A stretch of DNA of 64,000 nucleotides, taken from positions 85,374,001 through 85,438,000 of the forward strand of contig CM126218.1 of assembly GCA_052327205.1 (NCBI GenBank). Direction: 5' to 3'. This DNA is from Somniosus microcephalus. Its lineage: Eukaryota. Within the stretch, counting starts at the first letter, position 1; every line of letters starts with the position of its first letter. Made by a program: the position numbers and the translations under genes. Below the pieces are notes generated by a model. It had not been told where the DNA came from and searched no databases. It saw nothing but the letters and a program-made list of their open reading frames with translations. Of the stretch, positions 52,128-64,000 are shown in pieces.

Positions 52128-52326
52128 AAATAACAACTGAAAATGCTGGAAACACTCAGCAGGCCAGGCAGCATCCATGGAGAGAGAAACAGAGTTAACG
52201 TTTCAGGTCGAAGACCCTTCATCAGAAGAGACAAACGGAAATCCCGTCGGAGAGAAGAGCAGAACTTCTTCAAGGTGGGCATTCCTAGAAGAGAGGTGGC
52301 AGTGAACCAAACACTAATACGAGAGC
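52128..52326 (-). mobile_element. Miniature Penelope derivative (pLTR with hammerhead core + probable ORF start)
   Basis: rc CTGATGAAGGGTCTTCGACCTGAAACGTTAACT; AAAATTAAG on both flanks; the distal part reads MPTLKKFCSSLRRDF on the minus strand. Confidence 0.65.
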
Positions 52327-52820
52327 AAAATTAAGTATTATTTTAAAATTTGCACAGAATGCATGACTTTATAAACGCATTGCACCCTAGTGCAATTATC
52401 CCCAGGCTTTACCCCTGTTTCACCTGAAGACTACACTTAATGTTGACTCCCCACATGCAGTGCCATTGGCGATCAACTAGTATAAAATTCACTGTTTATT
52501 TTGTAACGCCTCCTCCTCCTCTACCTGTTACTCCCCCTTACACTGATGTTATGCCCTGGGATACGAGCACTCTTAAAGCATTCAACTGAAATTCTTTCCT
52601 CCATGACTTTGGCGGAGCGTTAGCCTGTTTAGAATAAATGGATTAATACCTAAAGTAGCCGAGAGAGGAATTAAATATACACGCCTGTCCCACAGCGTAA
52701 TTTCAGCAGCCCTGTTCTTTTTCTAGTCTCTCTTCCTTCTTACTTGCACTGTTTTAGCTTTTGTTTTATATTATTTCCTCTTGTACTGTTCACTTTGACT
52801 ATGAAGTATTCTTACCTATG

Positions 52821-53041
52821 TGTCCTGGGACCAATATTTATCCCTCAACCAACATCACTAAAACAGATGATCTGGCCATTATCACATTGCTGTTCATGGG
52901 AGCTTGCTGTATGCAAATTGGATGCCGCATTTCCTACATTACAACAGTGACTACACTTCAAAAAGTACTTCATTGGCTGTAAAGCGCTTTGGGACACCCT
53001 GAGGTCATGAAAGGCGCTATAGAAATGCAAGTCTTTCTTTT
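52821..53041 (+). mobile_element. DeuSINE 3' half
   Basis: Homologous to 30350-30563. Confidence 0.8.
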
Positions 53042-53648
53042 AGATTGTTGGGATAGACTTGTGAGGTTACCGTTGCCAACAGGCAAATTATAAGCTACAG
53101 TTCCTTTTACACTTAATGTGGAATTAATTTGAAGTCTGCAATCTTGTACCTTTGCACTATAAAGCTATGTTGCTAAGAAATTTGTTGCAGGTTCAATGTG
53201 GTCTCTTTCCAGCCCACTTTGTGCCCCTGAAGAAACTGTCTGATCCCTAATAAACTACTAAAGAGCCCCCAAAATCCTCGACACTTGTGCTGATGGAGCG
53301 GATGCCTTTTGACCTGTGCTCGTGACCCCACTGGAGTATCCGAGGTCAGGCCGGGGTTGACTAATTAGCGGATCCTCAACAGGCAGCTGCACCACTGTGG
53401 GAGTATCTTGAGCGCCTGCTCTAGGGGGAAGGGTGGGAGGGCCGCTGGAGACCATTCCCCCAGCAGCACAGGCGACCAAGCTAATCAGCCTCATTTATAG
53501 GAGTGCCGATCCCGGGATGAGAGGGCTGTCCTATGAGGAGAGATTGAGTAGATTGGGTCTATACTCTCTGGAGTTTAGAAGAATGAGAGGTGATTTCATT
53601 GAAACATACAAGATTCTGAGGGGGATTGACAGGGTAGATGCTGAGAGG

Positions 53649-56003
53649 AATAACAACAGAAGACGCTGGAAAAACTCAGCAGGCCCGGCAACATCCGCGG
53701 AGAGAAATAGAGTCAACGTTTCGGGTCGAAACCCTTCTTCAGAACTGAGAAAAAAAGCAGGAAATGAAACAGATTAAAAGGCAGTTTGGGGGCTGGGAAA
53801 TGGGGGAGGGGATGAAAGAAGAGACATTAAGAGATATTCAAGGCGAGACGAGATGGTAATAGGACAGGTAAAGAAACAGACAATGGCTCTAGGTGAAGTG
53901 TGAAATGCGCTGGCAGAGTGAGAGACAGCTGCCACGTGGGAGAGAGAGGAAAAAAAGGAAAAGGCACAAACCAAAAGTGTGGATAAAAAATATAAAAATA
54001 TAATAGGGGCCGAGGTTATCATCTGAAATTGTTGAACTCGATATTGAGTCCGGAAGGCTGTAAAGTGCCTAATCGGAAGATGAGGTGCTGTTCCTTGAGT
54101 TTACGTTGAGCTTCCGTGGAACAATGCAAGAGGCCGCAGATAGTGAGGTCTGAGTGGGAGTGGAGCGGTGAATTAAAGTGACAGGCGACCGGAAGCTCCG
54201 GGTCACCCTTACGGACTGAACGGAGGTGTTCCGCAAAGCGGTCACCCAATCTGCGTTTGGTCTCCCCAATGTAGAGGAGACCACATCGTGAGCAGCGAAT
54301 ACAGTATACTAGATTGCGAGAAGTACAAGTAAATCGCTGTTTCACCTGGAAGGGGTGTTTGGGGCCCTGGACAGTGGGAAGGGGGGAGGTATAAGGGCAT
54401 GTGTTGCATCTCCTGTGCTTGCACGGGAAGGTGCCGGGCGAAGGGGAAGGGGTGCTGGGGGTGATAGAGCAGTGGAATAGGGTGTCACGGAGGGAGCGGT
54501 CCCTACAGAATGCTGAAAGGGGAGGGGAGGGGAAGATGCGTTTGGTGGTGGGATCACGTTGGAGGTGACGGGAATGGCGGAGGATGATCCGTTGAATGAG
54601 GAGGCTGGTGGGGTGAAAGGTGAGGACGAGAGGAACCCTATCGTGGTTCCGGGAAGGAGGGGCAGGGGTGAGGGCAGAAGTGCGGGAGATAGAACGGACA
54701 CGGTCGAGGGCCGTGTCAATCACGGTAGAGGGGAATCCTCGGTTGAGGAAAAAGGAAGACATGTCGGAAGCACTGGTGTGGAAGGTGGCATCGTCAGAGC
54801 AGATACGGCGGAGACGGAGAAACTGGGAGAATGGAATAGAGTCCTTACAGGAGGCGGGGTGGGAGGAAGTGTAGTCCAGGTAGCTGTGGGAGTCAGTGGG
54901 CTTGTAGTGAATATTGGTCAATAACCTATCCCCAGAGATGGAGACAGAGAAGTCGAGGAAGGGAAGATAAGAGTCGGAGATGGACCATGTGAAGGTGAGG
55001 GAAGGGTGGAAATTGGAGGCAAAGTGAATGAAATTGTCTAGTTCAGGGCAAGAGCAGGAAACGGCACCAATACAGTCATCAGTGTACCGGAAAAAGAGGT
55101 GAGGGAGGGGACCAGAGTAGGACTAGAACAAAGAGTGTTCCACATATCCCACAAAAAGGCAGGCATAGCTAGGACCCATGCTGGTTCCCATAGCAACACC
55201 TTTAATTTGGAGGAAATGAGTGGAGTCAAAGGAGAAGTTGTTCAATGTGAGAACAAGCTCAGCCAGGCGGAGGAGGGTCGTGGTGGATGGGGACTGGTTG
55301 GGCCTCTGTTCAAGGAAGAAGCGGAGCGCCCTCAGGCCATCCTGGTGGGGGATGGAGGTGTAGAGGGATTGTACATCCATGGTGAAAAGGAGGCGGTTGG
55401 GGCCAGGAAACTGGAAACTGTTAAAAGTGGCGGAGGGCGTCCGAAGAGTCGCGGATGTAGGTGGGAAGAGACTGACGGGAGAAAAGATAGAGTCGAGATA
55501 TGAAGAGATAAGTTCCGTGGGGCAAGAACAGGCTGAAGCGATGGGTCTACCAGGGCAGTCCTGTTTGTGGGTCTTGGGAAGGAGGTAGAAGCGGGCTGTG
55601 CGGGGTTGGGGAACTATGAGGTTGGTGGCCGTGGGGGGAAGATCTCCAGAGGAGATGAGGTCAGTGACAGTCTTGGAAACGGTGGTTTGATGTTCGGTGG
55701 TGGGGTCATGGTCCAGGTGGAGGTAGGAGGAGGTGTTGGAGATTTGGTGTTCAGCTTCCGCTAGGTAGAGGTCGGTTCACCAAACAACTACAGCACCACC
55801 CTTGTCAGCAGGTTTAATGACAATGCTGGGGTTGGATCTGAGAGAATGGAGTGCTGCAAGTTCAGAGGGAGGTAGGTTGGAGTGAGTGAGGGGAGCAGAG
55901 AAATGGAGATGGCCGATGTCACGACGGCAGTTAGCAATGAAAAGATCTAGAGAGGGTAAGAGGCTAGAGGGAGGGGTCCAGGTAGAACGAGAATTCTGAA
56001 AGC
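53649..56003 (-). mobile_element. Penelope-like retroelement (Neptune-type), 5'-truncated; RT + Zn-finger linker + GIY-YIG
   Basis: KPADKGGAVVVW, MDVQSLYTSIP, GVAMGTSMGPSYA, RYTDD, YKPTDSHSYL, PCKHRRCNTC and LVYCIRCSRCGLLYIGETKRRL motifs; 14-bp TSD TAGATGCTGAGAGG. Confidence 0.95.
53711..53746 (-). ncRNA. Minimal type I hammerhead ribozyme motif
   Basis: rc AGTT-CTGAAGA-A-GGGT-TTCG-ACCC-GAAA-CG-TT-GACT; perfect stem II with a UUCG loop. Confidence 0.8.
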
Positions 56004-56639
56004 TAGATGCTGAGAGGTTGTTTCCCCTGGAGAGTCTAGAACTAGGGGGGCACAGTCTCAAGATAAGGGGTTGGCCATTTAAGACTGAGGTCAGGAGGAA
56101 TTTCTTCACTCAGAGGGTGGTGAATCTTTGGAATTCTCTATTCCAGAGGGCTGTGGATGCTGAGTCGTTGAGTATATTCAAGACAGAGATCGATAGATTT
56201 TTGGACTCTGGGGGAATCCAGGGATATGGAGATATGGAAAGTGGAGATGAGATAGAAGATCAGCCATGATCCTATTGAATGGCGGAGCAGGCTCGAAGGG
56301 CCGTATGGCCGACTCCTGCTCCTAATACTTATGTTCTTATGATCCAAACATGGCCTGCCAGAATTTCGGGAGACTTCCTGACCATGACTCCTGGCCTGGC
56401 GACACCCCGTGGACCCCACTTCCACCCATGTAGTAGCCTGTATATCAGGTTGTTCCCAGTGTCGAGATCACTGGGTGGAAGAGAGGCAGGTGCTGAGAAA
56501 ACTCTTCTGACATAGTGAAGCCCTCCCCTCCATCCTACCTCCTCCTACTTTACGGACCATGTTCGGGACAGGTGGAGGTTATGCACAACCTAGCCCCATT
56601 CGGAATGTCCCTGGACTCCATATTCTGAGAAGAGGCCCG

Positions 56640-57339
56640 GGCCTAGAAATTCAGTTAAGACCCGCCAGCAGGCTAACGCCCAAAAGTTAGCGCTGCGCGC
56701 GGAGCCACTTGCGCCCGCCGGAAATTCAGTTTCAGCGCCCCAAGTCGAAGGCGGCCGCTATTCAAGGGTTTCGGCGCCCCCGCTTGGTGCGCTGAAACTG
56801 AATATCGGGGCGCTAGGTGCCGCAGCGCCACCCGCTGCGGAGCGGCAGGCTGCGGTACTGCAGGCCTCCTCCTTCTCTTAAGGGGGAGGTGCCTGCAACA
56901 GCGAGATCGCCGCTGGATTGTGCCGGGAAATGAGCCCGGCACCACGGAGAAGTGCCGGGCTCGCGGAAAGCAGCCGGCAATGCCGCGGGGGGGGGGTGGA
57001 GGAGGCCGGGGAAGGAGGTGCGGGCAGGCGGCTGCCGAAAAAGCGGCCGGCCGCACCTCCACCTTAAAGCGCCCCAGTAACGCAGCAGTACGGCCCCGTT
57101 TTTCCAGCGCTGTTTGCGGCCGCTGCAGAAGAGGCGGCCGCAACTAAATATGGGGTTTGGGCCGGAAGCGGGGCGCAACCGGGGCACTGCGCACACCGAT
57201 GACGTCATCGGTGTCGGCGCAGCGCTACCGGCTACCGCCGCCATAACCGCAGCGCTGAATATCAGCGCACCCTCTTACAATGGCGCAGAAACCCTCTTTG
57301 GGCGGTAACTGGGCGCAAAGCCCACTGAATTTCTAGGCC
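56640..57339. mobile_element. Harbinger-type MITE (700 bp, GC-rich)
   Basis: Perfect TIR GGCCTAGAAATTCAGT, CCG 3-bp TSD, AGCGCC/GGCGCT motifs. Confidence 0.88.
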
Positions 57340-57529
57340 CCGGTGTTTCCGAGCCCAGCTCGAATTTGCTCACCAGACCTCTTCCTCCCACCTCTGTCCC
57401 AGCAGTGAGACCAAGGATTTTTGGGCCTCCAAGCATTTAAACGTGAATTCGAAAGCTTCAGCTTAATTTCCTCCCCTTTGTCTTTGGTGGTCTCTCATAT
57501 CACATTCCTACCCAGCTGGGAGATAGGTG

Positions 57530-57693
57530 CAATGTTCCCGCTAAGCTGCGCGCCTGTGCAGTCATCTGAAAGGTCCCGCGCAGACTGCTCACCGGCTTTT
57601 ATATTTTACATTCTGCATGTGCAGAAATTTAAAGGGACCGCGCATTAAAAGAAACGGGTCGCGCAAAGCAAAGCGCGGCTCACAGGGAGCATT
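57530..57693. mobile_element. Small hAT-like MITE
   Basis: Imperfect termini CAATGTTCCC ... GGGAGCATT; TSD not resolvable. Confidence 0.5.
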
Positions 57694-58243
57694 TTTTTTT
57701 TATTCGTTCATGAGATCTGCCGTCGTTAGCAAGACCAGCATTTATTGCCCATCCCTAATTGCCCCTTGAGAAGGTGGTGGTGAGCCGCCTTCTTGAACTG
57801 CTGCAGTCCGTGTGGTGAAGGTGCTCCCACAGTGCTGTTAGGGAGGGAGTTCCAGGATTTTGACCCAGCGACGACGAAGGAACAGCCGATATATTTTCAA
57901 GTCAGGATGGTGTGTGACTTGGAGGGGAACTTGGAGGTGGTGGTGTTCCCGTGCGCCTGCTGCCCTTGTCCTTCTAGGTGGAAGAGGTCGCAGGTTTGGG
58001 AGGTGCTGCCGAAGAAGCCTTGGTGAGTTGCTGCAGTGCATCTTGTAGATGGTACACACTGCAGCCACGGTGAGCCGGTGGTGGAGGGAGTGAATGTTGA
58101 AGGCGGTGGATGGAGTGCCAATCAAGCGGGCTGCTTTGTCCTGAATGGTGTCGAGCTTCTTGAGTGTTGTTGGAGCTGCACTCATCCAGGCAAGTGGAGA
58201 GTATTCCATCACACTCCTGACTTGTGCCTGGTAGATGGTAGAA
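57694..58243 (-). mobile_element. Family-B LINE 3' fragment
   Basis: IYQAQVRSVMEYSPLAWMSAAPTTLKKLDTIQDKAARLI motif; poly-A end. Confidence 0.88.
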
Positions 58244-58505
58244 AGGCTACTCCCAGGCCTCTGCCTATAAGGCAGCAGTTGGCTGTTAGGAAGGATGATT
58301 TGATCTTTATTTAGTTTCTCTGTCTCTGTAAAAACAGGAAGTGATCGCAGAATCAGACACAGCAATTTTACATGTTTACAGATAAATAACACACCACAGA
58401 CTAGATGTCCTTAAAGACTGGGTGTTTCCATTGATCTTTGTCTGCCACTGATTTTTATTTGCATCTTTCAAAAATTTTATCTTTGAAAAGCAAGAAATGT
58501 ATATT

Positions 58506-59249
58506 GGGCCGTACTTTGCGCCCCTACGGGTGAGTACGAGATGCGCACGCGCCCGTCGTGGCCGTGAAATTCCGGGTTTAGGCGTGTGCTAAAACCCGGA
58601 ACTTGCGATCTGTCAAGAATCTTGTTGACAGATCCTCCGCATCCCCGGGAAAAGGGCCTCCGCGGGGCGGAGAGTTGCGTTATTTGCCCCACTTCTGCCC
58701 GCTGAATGCCCGTTAAACTCTTACGCCCGGTAAAAACAAGCGTAAGGCCTGCTTTTACCAGTGTAAGAGTCTTAAAAAACATGAAAATAAATGTTTTTCA
58801 TTCATTTAAGCATTAAAACCCATGTACAATAAGGTAAGTTTATTTTTAGACCATTTTCAAAAAAATAAATTTTTGTTTTAAATGTTTAATTATATTGTAT
58901 TTTAATAATTTCTAAATATGTAATTTTAAAAAATGTATTTGTTATGTTAAATCTATTTTTAATGTCATCCCCATTCATGCTTATGACAGTGCCGTACAAA
59001 CGGAATCTCCATAAGTATGAATGGGGATCCCCCTTCTTTGATTGGCTGGGCCGGCCCACGTGGTCCATGGGGGCGCTTGAGAACCGCCTGCGCCCCTGGG
59101 ATACGTGGGCCTCTGCGCAGGCCTACGTGTAGAGGCCCAGGAGCGCGAGTCTCCGAACCTCCGGGACCAGCAGGTAAGTTCGTAGATTTTTTTTTGCTGG
59201 TGGGAGGCATCCGCCTGCGGGGAAGCCTCCGACCCGCGAATTCAGCCCC
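58506..59249. mobile_element. Harbinger-type MITE (744 bp)
   Basis: Imperfect TIR GGGCCGTACTTTGCG / (rc) GGGGCTGAATTCGCG, ATT TSD, GC-rich ends and AT-rich core like 33218-33905. Confidence 0.75.
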
Positions 59250-59799
59250 ATTCTTTGACCGAAACAAAGTCACACCAGGCCGTTCTTCATAACTCTCATC
59301 GTCTTTGCTTCGAATCCTCGCTGTCCAGCAAGCCCAGGAGTGCAGATTCTGCCTCGAGCAGAGCTGCGACTGTCTTGAGTGAATCTTTAATTGGTTTCCT
59401 GTCCTGCCCTGATCTAAGCACCACTGTATTGCCCAGGAGAAATGATATCTTGTCGTTAGCTATTTACACAACTGTCATTGCCTAATCCTGAAAACATTCC
59501 AGTAATTACAAGCTTTGAAAGGATTTTTGATATCTATCAGGAATTTGAGGGGTGGGTGGAGTTCAGACTATTTTCTGATTACCAACTGTAGTCACGTTTA
59601 TAGTTGTCCCCAAAGAGAGACAGTGCCTGGGCAAAATACGCCATTCACGAAAGATCACAGCGGCTCTGTTGAAATTATTCTGCTGCAGTTTTTTGGTCAG
59701 TGTTTTTCTAATTATAATTTAACAACTCGGAGATCATGCATTGAGTAACAAGACCTCAGCTTTCATTTCACATCAGAAAGCCGTGAGGTCTAAGTTTCT

Positions 59800-60160
59800 A
59801 AGAATATAAGAATTGGGAGCAGGAGTCGGCCACACGGCCCCTCGAGCCTGCTCCGCCATACGGCCCCTTGAGCCTGCGCCATTCGGCCCCTCGAGCCTGC
59901 TCCGCCTCACGGCCCCTCAAGCCTGCTCCGCCTCACGGCCCCTCGAGCCTGCTCCACCATTCAATAAGATCATGGCTGATCTTCCACTTCAACTCCACTT
60001 TCCTGCCCGATCCCCATATCTTTGATTCCCCTAGAGTCCAGAAATCTATCGATCTCTGTCTTGAATATACTCAACGACTGAGCATCCACAGCCCTCTGGG
60101 GTTGAGAATTCCAAAGATTCACAACCCTCTGAGTGAAGAAATTCCTCCTTATCTCAGTCC
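59800..60160 (-). mobile_element. CR1 3' end with a tandemly amplified hairpin arm
   Basis: CR1 3' UTR with five copies of cggcccctcgagcctgctccgcc at ~59835-59960. Confidence 0.85.
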
Positions 60161-60267
60161 TTGCTGGCTGCTGGGCCTCTTTGTTATGACGACAAGAGAT
60201 TTGATGGACCTGGTGCCAGAAATCAAACCATTAAATCTATTTTTTTGATTGTGACAAATATGTAACT

Positions 60268-60803
60268 GACAAGTCAGGAGTGTGATGGAATACTCTCCAC
60301 TTGCCTGGATGAGTGCAGCTCCAACAACACTCAAGAAGCTCGACACCATCCAGGACAAAGCAGCCCGCTTGATTGGCACCCCATCCACCTCCTTAAACAT
60401 TCACTCCCTCCACCACCGGCGCACCGTGGCTGCAGTGTGTACCATCTACAAGATGCACTGCAGCAACTCGCCAAGGCTTCTTCGGCAGCTCCTCCCAAAC
60501 CCGCGACCTCTTCCACCTAGAAGGACAAGGGCAGCAGGCACACGGGAACACCACCACCTCCAAGTTTCCCTCCAAGTCACACGCCATCCTGACTTAGAGG
60601 TATATTGCCGATCCTTCATCGTCGCTGGGTCAAAATCCTGGAACTCCCTCCCTAACAGCACTGTGGGGGCCCCATCACCACACGGACTGCAGCGGTTCAA
60701 GAAGGTGGCTCACCACCACCTTCTCAAGGGGCAATTAGGGATTGGCAATAAATGCTGGCCTCGCCAGCGACGTCCACATCCCATATACGAATTAAAAAAA
60801 AAC
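60268..60803 (+). mobile_element. Family-B LINE 3' fragment
   Basis: ORF 60282-60806 (MEYSPLAWMSAAPTTL...); poly-A tail. Confidence 0.88.
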
Positions 60804-61059
60804 TAAAACCTGGACTCCTGGAGTTTATCATGTTGCCTGAGGCCCTCGCTTGTGCTACATGCAAAACACTTGAACCCACCTGTTCTGCAGGTGACAAGCT
60901 GGGCTTTCAGATCTTTAGAGGGTTGGTTGGGTTTTACAGCATGATATGATCAGCTTCTATTGTAGTTACTATCGGTACTCTAATCTGAGTTGTTCGTTTT
61001 GCTGTTTTAATCCTTTTAATACTGAAGATTTTTGCAAGTTTCAAAATATTTGCAGCTCT

Positions 61060-61850
61060 CAAGAACATAAGAACATAGAACATAAGAAATAGGAGCAGGA
61101 GTAGGCCAATCGGCCCCTCGAGCCTGCTCCGCCATTCAATAAGATCATGGCTGACCTGATCCTAACCGCCAATCCACTATCACAGAACCATCTCCTGAAT
61201 CTAACAGAATTAGACACACGAAATAGGAGCAGGATCAGGCTACACGGCCCCTGGGCCCGCTCCGCTACCCACAGGGCCATGACCGATCCGAACCTAGACT
61301 CATGTCCAAATTCCTGCCCGCTCCCCGTAACCCTTAATTCCCTTTACTTCTAGGAAACTGTCTATTTCTGTTTTAAATTTATGTAATGATGTAGCTTCTA
61401 CAGCTTTTTGGGGCAGCATATTCCATGGACCTACCACCCTCTGAGTGAAGTAGTTCCTCCTCATCTCAGTTTTGAAAGAGCAGCCCCTTATTCTAAGACT
61501 ATGCCCCCTAGTTCTAGTTTCACCCATCATCGGGAACATCCTCCCCGCATCCACCCGATCCAACCCCTTCACAATCTTATATGTTTCAATAAGATCGCCT
61601 CTCATTCTTCTGAACTCCAATGAGTAGAGTCCCAATCTACCCAACCTCTCCTCATATGTCCATCCCCTCATCCCCGGGATTAACTGAGTGAACCTTCTTT
61701 GTACTGACTCGAGAGCAAGTATGTCTTTTCTTAAGTATGGACACCAAAACTGTATGCAGTATTCCAGGTGCGGTCTCACCAATACCTTGTACAACTGAAG
61801 CAATACCTCCCTATTTTTATATTCTATCCCCCTAGCAATGAAAGCCTGCT
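61060..61850 (-). mobile_element. CR1 3' fragment with a duplicated 3' module
   Basis: ORF 61300-61926 with CR1 motifs; two aaataggagcagg hairpin modules. Confidence 0.88.
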
Positions 61851-61851
61851 T

Positions 61852-62000
61852 TTTTTGGACACCTGATGGAATCAAGGGATATGGGGATCGGGCGGGAAAG
61901 TGGAGTTGAGGTCGAAGATCAACCATAATCTTATTGAATGGCGGAGCAAGCTCGAGGGGCCGTGTGGCCTACTCCTGCTCCTAATTCTTGTGCTCTTACT
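61852..62000 (+). mobile_element. CR1 3' end
   Basis: ggaatcaagggatatgggg...ctcctgctcctaattctt. Confidence 0.8.
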
Positions 62001-62191
62001 TCAAGTTAGTTCTTGTTCAAGTTAGAGCCTTAACACCACTCGGTAACACAGACCCTCAAATTCCTCAGTGGTTCTGCCCATCTCCCACCAGAACTTTGGC
62101 ATCAGATCAGTGGAACTCCCCGGTTGCTGGGTCTTCATAGTTTCCAAGAGTTTCCTGGCAATGCCTCCGTCAACTCCTCGCCAATCAAATG

Positions 62192-62520
62192 ATTTTTTTA
62201 AATTCGTTTATGGGATGTGGGCGTCACTGGCAAGGCCGGCATTTATTGCCCATCCCTAATTGCCCCTTGAGAAGGTGGTGGTGAGCCGCCTTCTTGAATC
62301 GCTGCAGTCCGTGTGGTGAAGGTACTCCCGCAGTGCTGTTAGGGAGGGAGTTCCAGGACGATGAAGGAACGGCCGATATATTTCCAAGTCAGGATGGTGT
62401 GTGACTTGGAGGGGAACTTGGAGGTGGTGGTGTTCCCGTGCGCCTGCTGCCCTTGTCTTTCTAAGTGGAAGAGGTCGCGGGTTTAGGAGGTGCTGCCGAA
62501 GAAGCCTTGGCGAGCTGCTG
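62192..62520 (-). mobile_element. Family-B LINE 3' fragment
   Basis: Homologous to 57694-58035. Confidence 0.85.
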
Positions 62521-62875
62521 GGGGCGGAGCCAGGAGCAAGGACTCTCTAAGGCAGGAGTACAAGCAGCCTGAAGACTTCAAAGTTTTATTTTTTAAAAAC
62601 TTTACGCACATGGGGGCCCCTTGCTGGAACACGCCTCTTGGGTTAACTGGCTTTTCCTGTTCCTAAAAATGTTTGTTCTTATGAGTATCAGCCGGACAGG
62701 GTGATGATGATCATCGGTATAACAACATGTTACATGAGTTTGTTAGAAACAGGATTGCGGAGTCAGATGTGACACCGAGGTTGCGAACAGTCTGGTTCAG
62801 CCTCAGACAGATGCCAGGGAGAGGGATGGTGTCGGTGGCTAGGGAGCGGAGTTTGTGGCGGGAACCGAAGACAAT

Positions 62876-63718
62876 GGACTGGATTTTGATACTGGAGGCG
62901 TGTAGGAGGCGGAACTACAACTTTTGGGGTTGTAGTCCCGCCTCCATCGAGTTGTGGCCAACCCACTCGATTTTCACTTGATTGACCTTGTTGAGCCCGC
63001 CCAGTGGGCTCAGCAGGCCAATTAAGGGCCACCCGGCAACAGGTGACGTCACAGATTGACATTTCATCTGTCAAGAGCTTTTGACAGATGAAATATCAGT
63101 GTTTGACAGCTCTTTGAAGCTGTCAAACACTGACAATCTGTACACTAAGTTAATTGATTCCTCTCAGGCTGATTTAGAGATCTCTCTGGAACAGAAAGCA
63201 GAGGCTGCAACTTTTGACAGCTTGCGGCCATTCTGCTTTCTGTGCCGGTGAGATGAGGGACTCCCGAGACCTGAAGGAAGGAAGGCTGTAAAGGTAAGTA
63301 AAGGTAAGTAAAACTTATTTAAACACTTTACACACACCAAACACACTTACCTCTGCACTCATGCACCCATCACTCACCTGAACACCGGACATCTCGAACC
63401 CTCCAAGCCCTTCAGCCCGACGGTCCACCTCGCTAACTTGGCGTGGTTTGGAGCCGTCGGGAATCCCACACTTCAGGAATAAAAATAGGGATTCGGCTTA
63501 AAACTGCCTGTTAACTACCTGTTAGCAGGCAGTTAATTGGCACTAATCCCCTTCCCGCCTCGGGGAGGTGGCTCCCAGCACAGGTCGGTTCCCCGCCTCC
63601 TTTGAAACTGGCAAGGAGGCGGGTTGGGGGCGGGCTGGGTTCGTGCCTCCCGATTTCGCGATTTTAACCCCCCAAATGCCTCCAATCCCACCTCCACGGC
63701 CCAATGAAAATCCTGCCC
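62876..63718. mobile_element. Harbinger-type MITE (843 bp), inverted copy of 31282-32126, inserted in an L2 fragment (62762-63790)
   Basis: AAT TSD. The empty site gaagacAATggcttc matches the uninterrupted L2 at ~1950-1970. Confidence 0.92.
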
Positions 63719-64000
63719 AATGGCTTCAATCTTCCCAATATTTAGTTGGAGGAAATTTCTGTTCATTGGCACGGATTGAGCCATCAAGTCACCACAGTGT
63801 AGCACAGAGAGCTTCGCGTTTCCCCTTGTGCACCTAACAACTATGGGCCGAATTTCCATCACAATTATTTGAGCGCAAGGAAGTAAGCTGGGATCGATTA
63901 TACTCTGTCACCATTTCAACAGATGAGTAATATTCAGGTTTATATTTGAAGAAATGTTCTTTATGGTAGTTGCAAGGGGATGAAAGACAGGTTTAAGATC

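Larger units (their letters stand above)
53509..56342 (+). mobile_element. CR1 3' fragment split by a Penelope element
   Basis: PGMRGLSYEERL...RVDAER at 53509-53648 continues LFPLESLE...FFTQRVVNLWNS at 56004-56342. Confidence 0.88.

Noticed and set aside
56640-57339. CpG-island promoter
   Set aside because: The GC/CpG richness is confined exactly between MITE TIRs.
59835-59962. CRISPR-like direct repeats
   Set aside because: No spacers; the unit is part of the CR1 3' UTR.

Overview
Eukaryotic genomic DNA, almost certainly from a cartilaginous fish (shark): it carries HE1-like V-SINE / HER1-like CR1 pairs, SacSINE1-like DeuSINEs and Neptune-type Penelope elements. The window lies inside a large-intron CAMK1D (CaM kinase I delta) gene on the + strand. 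Two kinase-domain exons are clear (39402-39540 and 44925-45051), and there is a candidate 12-nt microexon at 14100-14111. The rest is intronic and, by eye, well over half transposon-derived, with deep nesting. It holds many CR1 and L2 LINE fragments, a third LINE family, four tRNA-derived SINE types and three solo LTRs. It also holds a complete but decayed two-gene PIF/Harbinger transposon (5415-12511) with a set of related MITEs, a TA-flanked pogo/Tigger-like MITE, and Penelope-like elements with minimal hammerhead ribozymes. The most unusual object is a 2.46-kb Harbinger derivative (49561-52021). It has a fold-back architecture and a Myb/SANT remnant, and it carries two head-to-head copies of a tRNA-headed SINE I do not recognise. 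Family names come from recalled consensus motifs, not database searches. Boundaries without a stated TSD are approximate.
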